A DNA stretch of 64,000 nt. It comes from Anaeramoeba ignava BMAN (taxonomy: Eukaryota; Protista; Anaeramoebae). A program made the position numbers and the translations under genes. Positions 51,854 to 64,000 of the stretch are shown here, piece after piece (the stretch's first letter is position 1; each line of letters starts with the position of its first letter). Where the stretch lies: assembly GCA_028826165.1 (NCBI GenBank), contig JAPDFW010000011.1, positions 124,001 to 188,000 of the forward strand, given 5' to 3'. A model generated the notes under the pieces. It did not search any database. It worked only from the letters and a program-made list of their open reading frames with translations, and was not told where the DNA came from.

Positions 51854-53689
51854 TTAATTTTGATTTTGATTTTGATTATTAAATTTGTTAATTAATAAAT
51901 CAAATAAATTTGGATTTGTTTGATTTAATTGAAAATAATCAATTCCTGTTTTAATTTCTTCAATAATTTCTTGTGTAATTTTAATTCCTTCTTTAATTTG
52001 ATTTGAATAAATCCAATATTCAAATATTTGAAATGATTTATTACTTAATTCACTATAATCTGTAACTTTATTTGATTTATCTTCAGTTACAGATAAAAAC
52101 ATTCCTCGATATAATTCACTTCTCATTATTAATATTAATTTTGGAAATTTATATTGTTTTTCTTTTCTTTCAATTATAAAATCTTTTTCATTTTCATTTT
52201 CATTTTCATTTTCATTTAAATAAATTCTTTTCATTGTTTCTTCAATTTTTTCATTTGAATTTATAATTTCTTTAATTTCAGAATATAATATTGGATTTAT
52301 TATTCTGTTTGAATAAATCATTTCAAATATTTGATTTGATTCTTTAATTGATTTATTTGAAATAATTTCTTGAAGTTTTTCATTTTCATTTTGATTTTGA
52401 TTTAATCTATATTTTCAATATTAATTTATGAGCTTCAATTATTTCTCCATTTTCTGTTTTAAATGAAATATTACAAAATTCTTTTCTTTCAAATAGTTTT
52501 ATCAAATCTTCTTCAAGATTAGAAAAAGAAGGAGAAGAATAATAAAGAAAAGATCTGTTATATCCACAAGAAATATGATAATTAAAAATTTCTTCATTAA
52601 ATCTTAATTTAGGAAGTTCAATTTGAATTGGAATTGTTTTAAAGTTAGTATTTTCAGTTCCTAATTGACCTGAAGAATTATATCCAAATCCTATCATTTG
52701 TTTTGAAGTTAAAATCAAAGTATATCCATCTCCAACAGAAAAATCAAGAATAATATCATCATTTTCAAATAAAGATGATTTGATTTCAGTAAATTCATAA
52801 GTACATTCATCATTTCTATAAAGTCCATTAAATTCTAAATATCCACATGAATAAAGTTTTCTTTTTGGATTTTCATTTTGATTTTCATCTTCAATCAACA
52901 TTATTGAATGAAATTCTCCACATTGAATATCAATTATTTTGCCTTTTGGAATATTTTGGATTTTGGTTAAATTTTGGATATTTGTTTCTTCTTGTTCTGT
53001 TATTGATTTTCCTAATCCTACTTGACCATATTCATTATCACCGCATCCAAATAATTCTTGATTTGAATTTAAAAGAAAAATATGATTTGCAGAATTTCCT
53101 GAAAATATTTTAGAAACATTTTTCATCATTAAAATTGGTTTTTCTGTTTTTTGAAGTGTTCCATAATCAAAACCAAGTTGAGCATAAAAATTATCTCCAA
53201 TTCCATAAGCATTTTGATTTGAAGTTAATAAGTAAATTGAATGAGCTCCGGAAACAATATCTTCAATTATTCTATCATTTTTATCTTCAATTAATGATGA
53301 AATATTGATAAATTTATTTTGGATTTTCTGAATTAATATCTTCTCCTTTGGCAAATACATTTCCTTCTTTCGTTAAAATAGCTTCATTTCGATAACCAAC
53401 AGTTACTTTTTGAATATTTTCTTCAATTTGGATTTTTTCAGGATTTTGATTTTGAATCTTTTTCATTTAAATATTCTATTGCTTTTCCATTTTTAAAAAG
53501 GAAAATTGTTGAAAAATAACCTGATGCAATTTGTTTAATTTGTTTTTCATTTTCATTTTCATTTTCATTTTCATTTTCATTTTCATTTTCATTTTCAAAT
53601 TTAAATTGAATTGGTTTTGTTATTTTTTCTAATTCATTTTTGATAAACTTTGGAGATTGATTTGAACCAAAAAATAAAATTTCATTCAT
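51854..53689 (-). CDS. RCC1-repeat + BTB protein, tandem copy 2 (several 1-nt frameshifts; assembly error or pseudogene)
   Basis: Collinear paralogue of copy 1 split over three ORFs. Confidence 0.8.
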
Positions 53690-53927
53690 TTCTGAAAAGA
53701 AAAAAAGAAAAAATGAAAAAATGTTTTTGGAATTTTAATTTTAATTTTATTTTTAATTTTAATTTTAATTTTAATTTTAATTTTAATTTTAATTTTAATT
53801 TTAATTTTGATTATTAAATTTTTAATTTTTAATTTTAGATTTTAATTGAATTTTCAATTTTTATTTTAATTTTAATTTTAATTTTAATTTTAATTTTAAT
53901 TTGATTCTTTAATTTTAATTTTGATTT

Positions 53928-55694
53928 TTAATTTTGATTATTAAATTTGTTAATTAATAAATCAAATAAATTTGGATTTGTTTGATTTAATTGAAAATAA
54001 TCAATTCCAATTTGAATTTCATTAATTATTTCTTGTGTAATTTGAATATCTTCTTTAATTTGATTTGAATAAATCCAATATTCTAATATTTGAAATGATT
54101 TATCACTTAATTCACTATAATCTGTAACTTTATTAGATTTATCTTCAGTTACAGATAAAAACATTCCTCGATATAATTCACTTCTCATTATTAATATTAA
54201 TTTTGGGAATTTATATTGTTTTTCATTTCTTTCAATTATAAAATCTTTTTCATTTTCATTTTCATTTTCATTTAAATAAATTCTTTTCATTGTTTCTTCA
54301 ATTTTTTCATTTGAATTTATAATTTCTTTAATTTCAGAATATAATTTTGGATTTATTATTCTGTTTGAATAAATCATTTCAAATATTTGATTTGATTCTT
54401 TAATTGATTTATTTGAAATAATTTCTTGAAGTTTTTCAATTTGATTTTGATTTTGATTTAATCTATATTTCAATATTAATTTATGAGCTTCAATTATTTC
54501 TCCATTTTCTGTTTTAAATGAAATATCACAAAATTCTTTTCTTCCAAATAATTTTATCAAATCTTCTTCAAGATTAGAAAAAGAAGGAGAAGAATAATAA
54601 AGAAAAGATCTGAAATATCCACAAGAAATATGATAATTAGAAATATCTTCATTAAATATTAATTCAGGAAGTTCAATTTGAATAGGAATTGTTTGCATTC
54701 CTGTATCTTCAGTTCCTAATTGACCATATTGATTAAACCCAAATCCTATCAACTTATTATTGGTTGTTAAAATCAAAGTATGAAAATGTCCACAAGAAAT
54801 TTCACGAATATTATCATTTTCAAATAAAGATGATTTGATTTCAGTAAATTCATAAGTATTTTCATTTTTGCCAAGTCCATTATATTCCCAGTATCCACAT
54901 GAATAAAGTTTTCTTTTTGGGTTTCATTTTCATTTTCAATCAACATTATTGAATGAATTGAAGATTGAATATCAATTATTTTGCCTTTTGGAATATTTTG
55001 GATTTTGGTTAATTTTTGGATTTTTCTTTCTTTTATTGATTCTCCTAATCCAAGTTGGCCACGTAAATTATATCCACAACCAAATAATTCTTGATTTGAA
55101 TCCAAAAGAAAAATAGATTGTGAAGAATTTCCTGAAAATATTTTAGAAACATTTCTCATTATTAAAATTGGTTTTTCTGTTTTTTTAAGTGTTTTCAGAA
55201 TCAAAACCAAGTTGACCAAATTGATTTGAACCAATTCCATAAGCATTTTGATTTGAAGTTAATAAGTAAATCGATTGAGAAGTAGAAATAATATCTTGAA
55301 TTATTCTATCATTTGTATCTTCAATTAATGATGAAATATTGATAAATTGATTTGGATTTTTTGAATTAATATCTATTCCTTTAGCAAATACATTTCCTTC
55401 TATTGTTAAAATAGCTAAATTTTCATGACCAACAGTTACTTTTTGGATATTTTCAAATGGAATTTCTTGAGGATTTTGAATTGGATTGTTGTGAACAAAA
55501 TATTCTATTGCTTTTCCATTTTTAAAAAGGAAAATTGTTGAATAATAACCTGATGCGATTTTTTTAATTTGATTTTCATTTTCATTTTCATTTTCATTTT
55601 CGAATTTAAATGGAATTGGTCTTTTTATCGAATTTGGTTCATTTGGAATAAGAATTGGTGATTGATTGTAACCAAAAAATAAACAATCATTCAT
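53928..55694 (-). CDS. RCC1-repeat + BTB protein, tandem copy 3 (frameshifts near 55190 and 54920)
   Basis: Collinear paralogue of copy 1 split over three ORFs. Confidence 0.8.
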
Positions 55695-55878
55695 TTTCTT
55701 AAAAGAAAAAAAATGAAAGAATGAAAACACGTTTTTTTTTTTTAAATTTTAAATTTTGGAAGATTTCTTAAATTTGGAATTTTGAAATTTTATTTATATT
55801 TTTTTTTATCAAGATTTTCAAAAAAGAAAATCCAAAAAAAAAAGTTAAATTTTCATAAAATAAAATAAATGAATTCTT

Positions 55879-57583
55879 TTACAGAAGATTTGTTATATCT
55901 TTGAATCTTGAATTTTTTGTAACTGAATCAATTTTAAAAACATGATCTTTGAATAAAAAATAAATTAAATAAATAAAAATAAAAATTAAATAAGAATTCT
56001 TAATTTAAAATAAATAAAAAATAATTTAATTTTACATTTTTCTTGTTTTGGAGGAATTTGGAAAATCAAAAATATGAATAGCAAAGGAAGAATTTCACAA
56101 CAAAAATAAAATATTAAAAATAGAATATCAATAAGTCTTTTACTAGCATTATGTGAATCAAGAGTACTAATTATAGAAAGAAATGGGATTCTAATCAAAT
56201 AAAACAATGTGCAACCCATCATTCCTAAATGCATTTTTCTGAGTGAATCATTGAGTATTAAGTCATATTCTTGTGGGACAAGTTTTAGTAATTTTCTTGC
56301 ATAAAAAAGCATTCCCAGTGAAAATGCAAAATACATTGCTGATACAAAATACATATTTGCTCGGTTTTCTACTCTTGTTAATACAATCAATAGAACATGT
56401 GTTATTACTGTCACAATTAAGATTATTGTTATTGATATTTTTAGTATTTTGTTCCTTTTTTGTATTTTGTTTTTCGATGTTGCGATTATTTCATTTTGCA
56501 TTTGAACTCTTTTTTTAATTTTTAATTTTAATTTTAATTTTGAATTTTTGATTTTAATTTTAATTTTAATTTTAATTTTAATTTTAATTTTAATTTTAAT
56601 TTTAATTTTAATTTTAATTTTAATTTTAATTTTAATTTTAAATGAATTTTAATTTTAATTTTAATTTTAGTTTTAATTTTATAAATGAATTTTAATTTTA
56701 ATTTTGAATTTTAATTTTAAATTTTAATTTTAATTTTAATTTTAATTTTAATTTTAATTTTGAATTTTGAATTTTAATATTAATTTTAATTTTAATTTTA
56801 ATTTTAAATTTTAATTTTAATTTTAATTTTGATTTTAATTTTAATTTTAATTTTAATTTTAATTTGAATTTTAATTTTAATTTTGATTTTAATTTTAATT
56901 TTAATTTTAATTTTAATTTTGATTTAAATTTTAATTTTAATTTTAATTTTAATTTTAATTTTAATTTTCATTTTTAATTTTAATTTTAATTTTAATTTTA
57001 ATTTTAATTTTAATTTTAATTTTAATTTTAATTTTAATTTTAATTTTAATTTTAATTTTAATTTTAATTTTAATTTTAATTTTAATTTAATTTTATAAAT
57101 GAATTTTTAATTTTAATTTTAATTTTAATTTTAATTTTAATTTGAATTTTAATTTCATTTTTAATTGAAAGGAATAAATACAAGCAAAATATTAGAATTA
57201 AAAAAGCTGCAAAAAATAAATCAGAATTTATTCCAATAACAACTTCAAAATAAGCAAGTTGTTTTTCATAAAAATTATAGTAAAAGGCAGAAAAAAAACT
57301 TGTAACACATCGAACAAGCGTTCCAATAAATATAAGTGAAAAGATTAACTTTAAAAAAAATTATTAAAAACAAAAAAAATTTTTTTTCAATCATTAATTT
57401 TTTGATTTGATTTTTTTTTTTGTAAAGAAGAATAATATTTTTATAACGAATAAAATAATGTACTTTTTGATAAGTAAATGATTTTATTCGAGTTATTAAT
57501 AAAAGAACTCGAATTGCTACAAAAATAAAAAATGCACAAAATGCACAAAATAAAATTAAATCAGGATAATCTATAGAAGCCAT
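55879..57583 (-). CDS. Multi-TM protein, THH1/TOM1/TOM3 or GPR137-like; 4 exons
   Basis: About 7 hydrophobic helices, YQK|LIFSLIFIGTLVR, FCCEILP; spliced C-terminus DITNLL*. Confidence 0.65.
56515..57165 (-). repeat. Intronic (AAAATT)n microsatellite in intron 56509-57181
   Basis: (AATTTT)n on the + strand. Confidence 0.95.
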
Positions 57584-57723
57584 TTTGAAAAAAGAAGGAA
57601 AAAATGAATTTAAATTTTATTTTTATTTTATTTTTATTTTATTAAAAAAAATTTTTTTTTGAAATTTTTTTTTTCATTTTTTTTCTTTCTTTTTTTTTTT
57701 TTTTAGATAAAAAATTAAACAAA

Positions 57724-60700
57724 ATGAAAAGAATTTATTTTCTTTTTTTTGTTTTTTTCTTTTTTATTCAAGTTAAATCAATTCAAAACGGAACTGTTTA
57801 TTTTGATCACGACCAATTCTCTTTTAAAGGAGGAATAATCGATACTCAAAATGGGATTGCTTGGGGTATTTTTAATGATGAAGTTGAAGTTGATGGTTGG
57901 TAAGTTCAAATAAATTAAAAAATTGATTGATTTTTTTTTTTTAATAAATTTTTTTTCTTTTTATTTTTTTTAGGGGAAAATTAGAAATTTATTCCTCTTC
58001 TTCTTCTTATTTTTCTGATTATCACAAATCATATGCAATGGGTTATATTGAAGGGATTTTAACTAAAACAAGAATTCAACAATATTTCAATAATTTTTTC
58101 AATTATAATTTTCCAAATGGTTTGAATTTATAAAAAAAATAATTTAATAATTTAATAAAAATAATTTTAATAAAAATAATTTAAAAACAAAGGATTTGAT
58201 CCAAAATTAATTGCTTTTTTGAATGAAAATATTAATTGGATGAACCAGAAACTAAAAGAAAATCCACAAACTCCTTATTGGAAATCGGTTTCTTATGTAG
58301 TTAATCAAGTTCAAGGAATTTATGATGGAATGTCACTTGATCATGGAACGAATTTATCTTTTATAGATATTTGGATTATGAATGTAAATTTATTTATTTG
58401 ATTTAAATATATTTATTTGAATTAAATATTGATTTATTTAATTTAAATTTTGATTTATTTGATTTAAATATTGATTTATTTGATTTAAATATTGATTTAT
58501 TTGATTTAAATATAGATTTATTTGATTTAAATATATTTATTTGATTTAAATATATTTATTTGATTTAAATATATTTATTTGATTTAAATATATTTATTTG
58601 ATTTAAATATTGATTTAAATATTGATTTAAATATTGATTTAAATATTGATTTAAATATTGATTTAAATATTGATTTAAATATTGATTTAAATATTGATTT
58701 ATTTAAAATTTATAGGTTGAAGGAGATGTTGAAGATATTATCGAAGTTTTGAATATTACTACAGCTCATTTTAAAGATAGATTTTCATTAGATCATTGTT
58801 CTGGTTTAGTTAAACTTTTAGAAGATGGTTCAGATATTTATATGAGTCAAGTCACGTATGATTATAAATTTATTTCAACAATTTTAATTGAATTTATTTA
58901 AACAATTTTAATTGAATTTATTTAAACAATTTTAATTGAATTTATTTCCACAATTTCAATTCTATTCATTTCAACAATTTTAATTGAATTTATTTAAACA
59001 ATTTTAATTCAATTTATTTAAACAATTTTAATTCAATTTATTTAAACAATTTTAATTGAATTTATTTAAACAATTTTAATTGAATTTATTTAAAAAATTT
59101 TAATTGAATTTATTTCAACAATTTTAATTCTATTTATTTAAACAATTTTAATTGAATTTATTTCAACAATTTTAATTGAATTTATTTAAACAATTTTAAT
59201 TCTATTTATTTAAAAAATTTTAATTCAATTTATTTAAACAATTTTAATTGAATTTATTTAAATAATTTTAATTCTATTTATTTAAACAATTTTAATTCAA
59301 TTTATTTAAACAATTTTAATTCAATTTATTTAAACAATTTTAATTGAATTTATTTCAACAATTTTAATTCTATTTATTTAAACAATTTTAATTCTATTTA
59401 TTTAAAAAATTTTAATTCAATTTATTTAAACAATTTTAATTGAATTTATTTAAACAATTTCAATTCTATTTATTTAAACAATTTTAATTCAATTTATTTA
59501 AATAATTTTAATTCTATTTATTTAAAAAATTTTAATTGAATTTATTTAAAAATTTTAATTCTATTTTTTTTTAGATGGAATCGTTGGTATTCAATGCTTA
59601 GATTTTTGAAGGTGATTTTAATTAAAAAAATTTTTTTTATGAATTAGTTTTGATTTTTAAAAGATAAAATTTTTTATTTAATAGTATTATCATTATGGAT
59701 ACACTGAAACACCAACAGAAGATGTAAATATAAAAAATTTAAATATATAAAATTTAAATATATAAAATTTAAATAAAATAATCTAAATATAAATAATCTA
59801 AATATAAATAATCTAAATATAAATAATTTAAATATAAAAAATTTATAGGTTACATTTTCTGGATATCCTGGTAGATATTTTATTTGAAAAAACAAAAATA
59901 TTCAATAAAAAAAATAATCTGTAATATTTGATTAGGAATTATTGTTTCTTTGGATGATTGGTACACATTGAACAAACAGTTTATAATCACAGAAACAACA
60001 ATGATAATGAACAATCCTGCTTTATACAAGTATGTTAATACAAGCTTATTACTTACAACTGTAAGAACAGTTTTATGTTCACATTTAGCAACTTCTGCAG
60101 AAAATTGGGCTACATGTTTTGCAAAATACTCAAGTGGAACATATAATAATGAATGGATCATTCTTGTAATTAGAAATTTTCTTTCCAAAAAAAAAAGATT
60201 CAAACATGAAATTCATTTCATCAATTACTTTTTTTTTTTTCTTTAATAGGATTATAGTTTATGGAGTCCAGGAACAAAAGTTCTTCAACCAAAAACAATT
60301 TATTGTTTAGCTCAAGTACCAGGAACAGTTCTTTATCGTGATATCTCAGTCAATTTAACTGAAGACACTTATGTTGCCAGTTATAATATTCCAAGGTTAA
60401 TTCAATTCAATTTAATTTAATTTAATTTAATTTAATTCAATTCAATTCAATTCAATTTAATTCAATTAATTTTTTTCTTTCTTTTGAAAATTTAGATTTC
60501 CTGAAATTTTCGATTTAGCTGGATATCCTGAATTAGTTCAGCAATATGGTTCTTGGTTTGATTTTGTAAATATTTTGGTTATCATTTTGATTTTAAATTT
60601 GATTTTAATGATAATTTTTCATTTTTTTTAATAAAAAGAATGAACATCCACGTGCAAAGATATTTGCTCGAGATCAAGGAAAAGTTACTGATATGAGTAC

Positions 60701-61589
60701 AATGCAACATTTAATGAGATATGTAAATATTTTAATTTTAATTTTATAAATGAATTTTATAAATGAATTTTAATTTTGATTTTATAAATTAATTTTGATT
60801 TTATAAATTAATTTTGATTTTATAAATGAATTTTAATTTTTAGAATGGTTATCCAAATGATCCACTTTGTGATGATTGTCCAGGAAACGCAATCTCAAGC
60901 AGAAAAGATTTAATTGATCCTAATAAACCACCAATTAATCCTTATTTACTTGCAAGTTGTTTTGGTGGAGAAGATGCGTAAATACTTTATATTTTTAAAT
61001 CAAATTTTATTTTAATTTAATTTTAAATTAATTTTAAATTGTTTCTTTTCTTTTAAAAAATTTTATAGGAAAATTGGTAAAAAATCGAAAAAAAAAAAAA
61101 TGTCAAGTTTTCATCAAAAATATTAAAATATTAAAATATCCAAAAAAAAATTAGGTACTTATTCATCAATTCAAGATTACAGTGTTTATGCAGAAATGGG
61201 ACCTACTCATGATCAACAACCTGTTTTTTCATGGAGTACTGCACCTGATGTTTGCAAAGGTATTTAAATAAAAATAAACCAATATTTTGGATCATTTTTT
61301 TAATTTTTAATTTTAATTATATTTTATTTTATTTTATTTTTTAGGTGTTCCACATGAAGGTAAATAAACAAAAATTAATTTTTTATTCTCATTTTTTTAT
61401 TCTTATTTTTTTATTCCTCTTTTTTATTTCTTCATTTTATTAGGTCAACCTGGTAAACATTTTATTTATTTTATTAATTTATTTATTTTTATTTTATTCT
61501 CAACTAATATTTTTATTTTCTTTATTAAAAAAATTTACATTCCAGATACTTTTGATTTTAGTTGGATTCATTGGCAAAAAACTCTTTAA
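57724..61589 (+). CDS. Phospholipase B-like (PLBD, Ntn-hydrolase) secreted/lysosomal protein; 17 exons
   Basis: Signal peptide, GW|[23 protein letters not shown]|[52 protein letters not shown]; the exons read splice in frame. Confidence 0.93.
58390..58705 (+). repeat. Intronic 20/12-bp repeat (TTGATTTAAATA-based)
   Basis: Directly visible. Confidence 0.9.
58870..59565 (+). repeat. Intronic 24-bp minisatellite (AACAATTTTAATTGAATTTATTTA)n, about 29 copies
   Basis: Directly visible. Confidence 0.93.
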
Positions 61590-61760
61590 AAAATTCAACA
61601 ATAATTTTTTTCCAAATTTTCAAATTTTCAAATTTTCATTTTCATTTTTTTCATTTTTCTTTTCTCAATTCTTTTTAATTCAACAAAAAAAAAAGGATTA
61701 AAAAAACAACAATAATCATTCCAAAAAAGGAATTTTTTTATATATATTTTTTTTTTTTAA

Positions 61761-62243
61761 ATGAAAATTATAGTTATTTTTTTCATAATTCTTTTTCCAA
61801 ATTTTATTTTTTCTCAATCAGAATTTTCTGAAATTTTAAATCAAAAATTTTTACTTATTCCACCTATTTATAATTTAGAAAATTGGGAAGGAGAAAATTT
61901 TAAAGTTGAACAAAATAAAATAGATTTATCAACTTCAGAAACAATTTTATCTTCAATTTGGACAAAAAATGTATTTTAATTTTAAATTCAAAAAAATCAA
62001 ATAAACTAAAAACAAAACAAAACAAAACAAAACAAAACAAAACAAGAAAAAATGAAATGAAAAATTGGATTTTGGAAATTTCAACTCAATCAGGATCAAA
62101 TAAAAATTCTTTTAGTCAATTTATTGGAATTGGATTTTGGTTTACAAAAGAAAAGAAAAAAAATGGAATTTTATTTGGAAATACAAATAATTTTGAAGGA
62201 ATTGGTATTCTTTTATCAGTATTTGATTTTATTTTCAGAAAAC

Positions 62244-62274
<31 letters not shown>

Positions 62275-63442
62275 AGAGAAAGAAAATGTTTATTTTTGAT
62301 ATAATTTCATATTACTTTATTGTATTAGGAAAAAATTGAAGTTATTTATCAATATAATTCAAATGACAATCTAAAACAAAAAACTATTTTACAATTTCCA
62401 ATTTCTTATTTTGGTTTGAAAGAAATTACTAAATTAAGAGTTATTTATATTGATAATAAGTTGATTGTATTTCATTTCTTTTCCAAAAATCAAACCAAAT
62501 TTTATTAATTTTTTTTTTTGGAAAAAATAATAATTAAAGGTTCAACTTGATTTAAAATCAATAGGAGTATGGAATTTAATTGGAACAGAATCTATTGATT
62601 TACCAACAGATTATTTCTTTGGAATTACATCTTCACATTTTGAATCAGAAAGTTATTTTTTTAAAGAATGAAAAAAAAATATTTTAACAAAATCAATTAA
62701 TTTAACAATTTATTTTTGTTTTAAAATGAAATGGAACTTTTCAATAACAATATTTTAGTCTATCATTATATTTATTCTTTTAAAATTTATGAAATTCCAG
62801 ATTCTAAATCAAGAAATATCATTTCTTTAAGGAATGAAAAAGAAAAACAACAAAAAAGAGTTGAATCTTATAAATTTCAAGCTAGTTTAGATTTATTAAA
62901 AAAATTAGAAAATAATTTTGAAGATGGAGAAAAAGAAGAAGAGGAAGTTTTAATAATTGAAAGATTGATGAAAAAATATTCCATAGATTTATTCGCAGAG
63001 AAAATTGTTAATTTGATTGAGGAAATTATTAAAATTGATTTGTAAAAATTTTATAATATTTATTTTTAATATTTTAATTTAATATTTATTTTAATTTAAA
63101 AGAGAAGCAAAAAAAAATTATCAAAAAACGAAAAATTTGGAAATTACATATTCAAGAATCCAAAATTCATTTTTAGAACAAGTAAATCTAAATATAAAAT
63201 ATATTGAACAAGCAACTACAGATGTAATAGATCAAGTAAAAGATATTCGAAAATCTTCTGAATTTCTTAATAATAGATTTGACCAAATAATTTTTCAAAG
63301 ACAAACTAAACAAAATTTAATTGCAATTAATAAGAAAAGTTCTTCATATTTTTGGGTTTTTTTTATTATTTTTGAAATTGTCTTCTTTATTTTTATTTTA
63401 AATTGGGCAACAATCCAAAGAAATATTTACAAACTTTTTTAA
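61761..63442 (+). CDS. Divergent L-type lectin cargo receptor (ERGIC-53/VIP36/Emp47-like); about 6 exons
   Basis: Signal peptide, SIWTK, GIGFWFTKE..GILFG..NFEGIGI, LPTDYFFGITS, coiled coil, TM, short tail ending YKLF. Confidence 0.72.
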
Positions 63443-63609
63443 TTTAAAATAATAAAATTAAAACAAAATAATTTTTCATTTTTTTTCTTTTTCATTTTTT
63501 TTTAATTTTTCTTTTTAATTTTTTTTTTTAATTTTGATTGTGATATTTTCTTTCTTTTTTAAAATTTTTTTTTAATCAATAAATATCAAAAAAAAAACAA
63601 TTACAAAAA

Positions 63610-63686
63610 ATGTTTCGAAAAAAAAAGAAAAGACCAAATTTTGCAATTACAATTGAAATACCAAGTCAAAAAGATGATGTACAAAT
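63610..63686 (+). CDS. First exon of a gene continuing beyond the window (MFRKKKKRPNFAITIEIP...)
   Basis: ATG after an A-run, GTAAAA donor at 63687, then a repeat-filled intron. Confidence 0.5.
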
Positions 63687-63744
63687 GTAAAAAGAAAAAA
63701 ACACATTTAAACAACATTTTCAACAATTTAATTCTTACTTTAAA

Positions 63745-64000
63745 TTTAATAAAATTAAATATAAAATTAAATATAAAATTATTTATAAAATTAAATATAA
63801 AATTATTTATAAAATTATTTATTAAATTATTTATAAAATTATTTATAAAATTATTTATAAAATTATTTATAAAATTATTTATAAAATTATTTATAAAATT
63901 ATTTATAAAATTATTTATAAAATTAATTATAAAATTATTTATAAAATTAAATATAAAATTATTTATAAAATTACTTATAAAAAATTATTTATAAAATTAA
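63745..64000 (+). repeat. 12-bp repeat (AAAATTATTTAT)n, probably intronic
   Basis: Directly visible. Confidence 0.9.

Noticed and set aside
49686-55694. Diversity-generating retroelement behind the RCC1 variation
   Set aside because: No reverse transcriptase or template repeat in the window, and the changes are not adenine-restricted
58870-59565. CRISPR-like array (24-bp and 15-bp repeats)
   Set aside because: Head-to-tail units with no unique spacers, inside GT-AG introns, and no cas genes
1-64000. Inteins/Hint domains, transposases, rRNA or tRNA genes
   Set aside because: No Hint block motifs with an HN-C/S/T junction (SHNT at ~17430 is a WD40 GH position), no TE ORFs and no recognisable structured RNA
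1-64000. Alternative genetic code (stop reassignment)
   Set aside because: Long ORFs are open in the standard code and end at TAA or TGA; internal stops are explained by introns or indels

Overview
Gene-dense, extremely AT-rich eukaryotic nuclear DNA with spliceosomal GT-AG introns and the standard genetic code. The hexamer coding microsatellites (EN/QN/EK) and the RCC1-BTB family resemble an Anaeramoeba-like metamonad protist; this is inference only. I find about 19 protein genes: a degenerate kinesin, a TTC7-like TPR protein, a BEACH/WD40 protein, RACK1, a Furry/MOR2-like protein with a C-terminal RGS domain, a WD40-BTB protein, a tail-anchored coiled coil, a RING E3, an ABHD17-like hydrolase, a large type I membrane protein, a DOLPP1-like phosphatase, a PMCA Ca-ATPase, three tandem RCC1-BTB genes, a TOM1/GPR137-like protein, a phospholipase B-like protein, an L-type lectin and one partial gene. 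Many introns are inflated by their own micro- or minisatellites. Most ORF breaks are single-base homopolymer indels, probably assembly errors. The main candidate system is a modular 'variable propeller + constant BTB' adaptor repertoire: RCC1 paralogues vary almost only at blade-loop positions, and the WD40 member carries exactly one blade per phase-0 exon. Other highlights are a probably dead kinesin motor, the Furry-RGS fusion, about 40% AAG 3' splice sites, 8-15 nt microexons and a ghost copy of a promoter and exon inside an intronic microsatellite. All gene models were read by hand.
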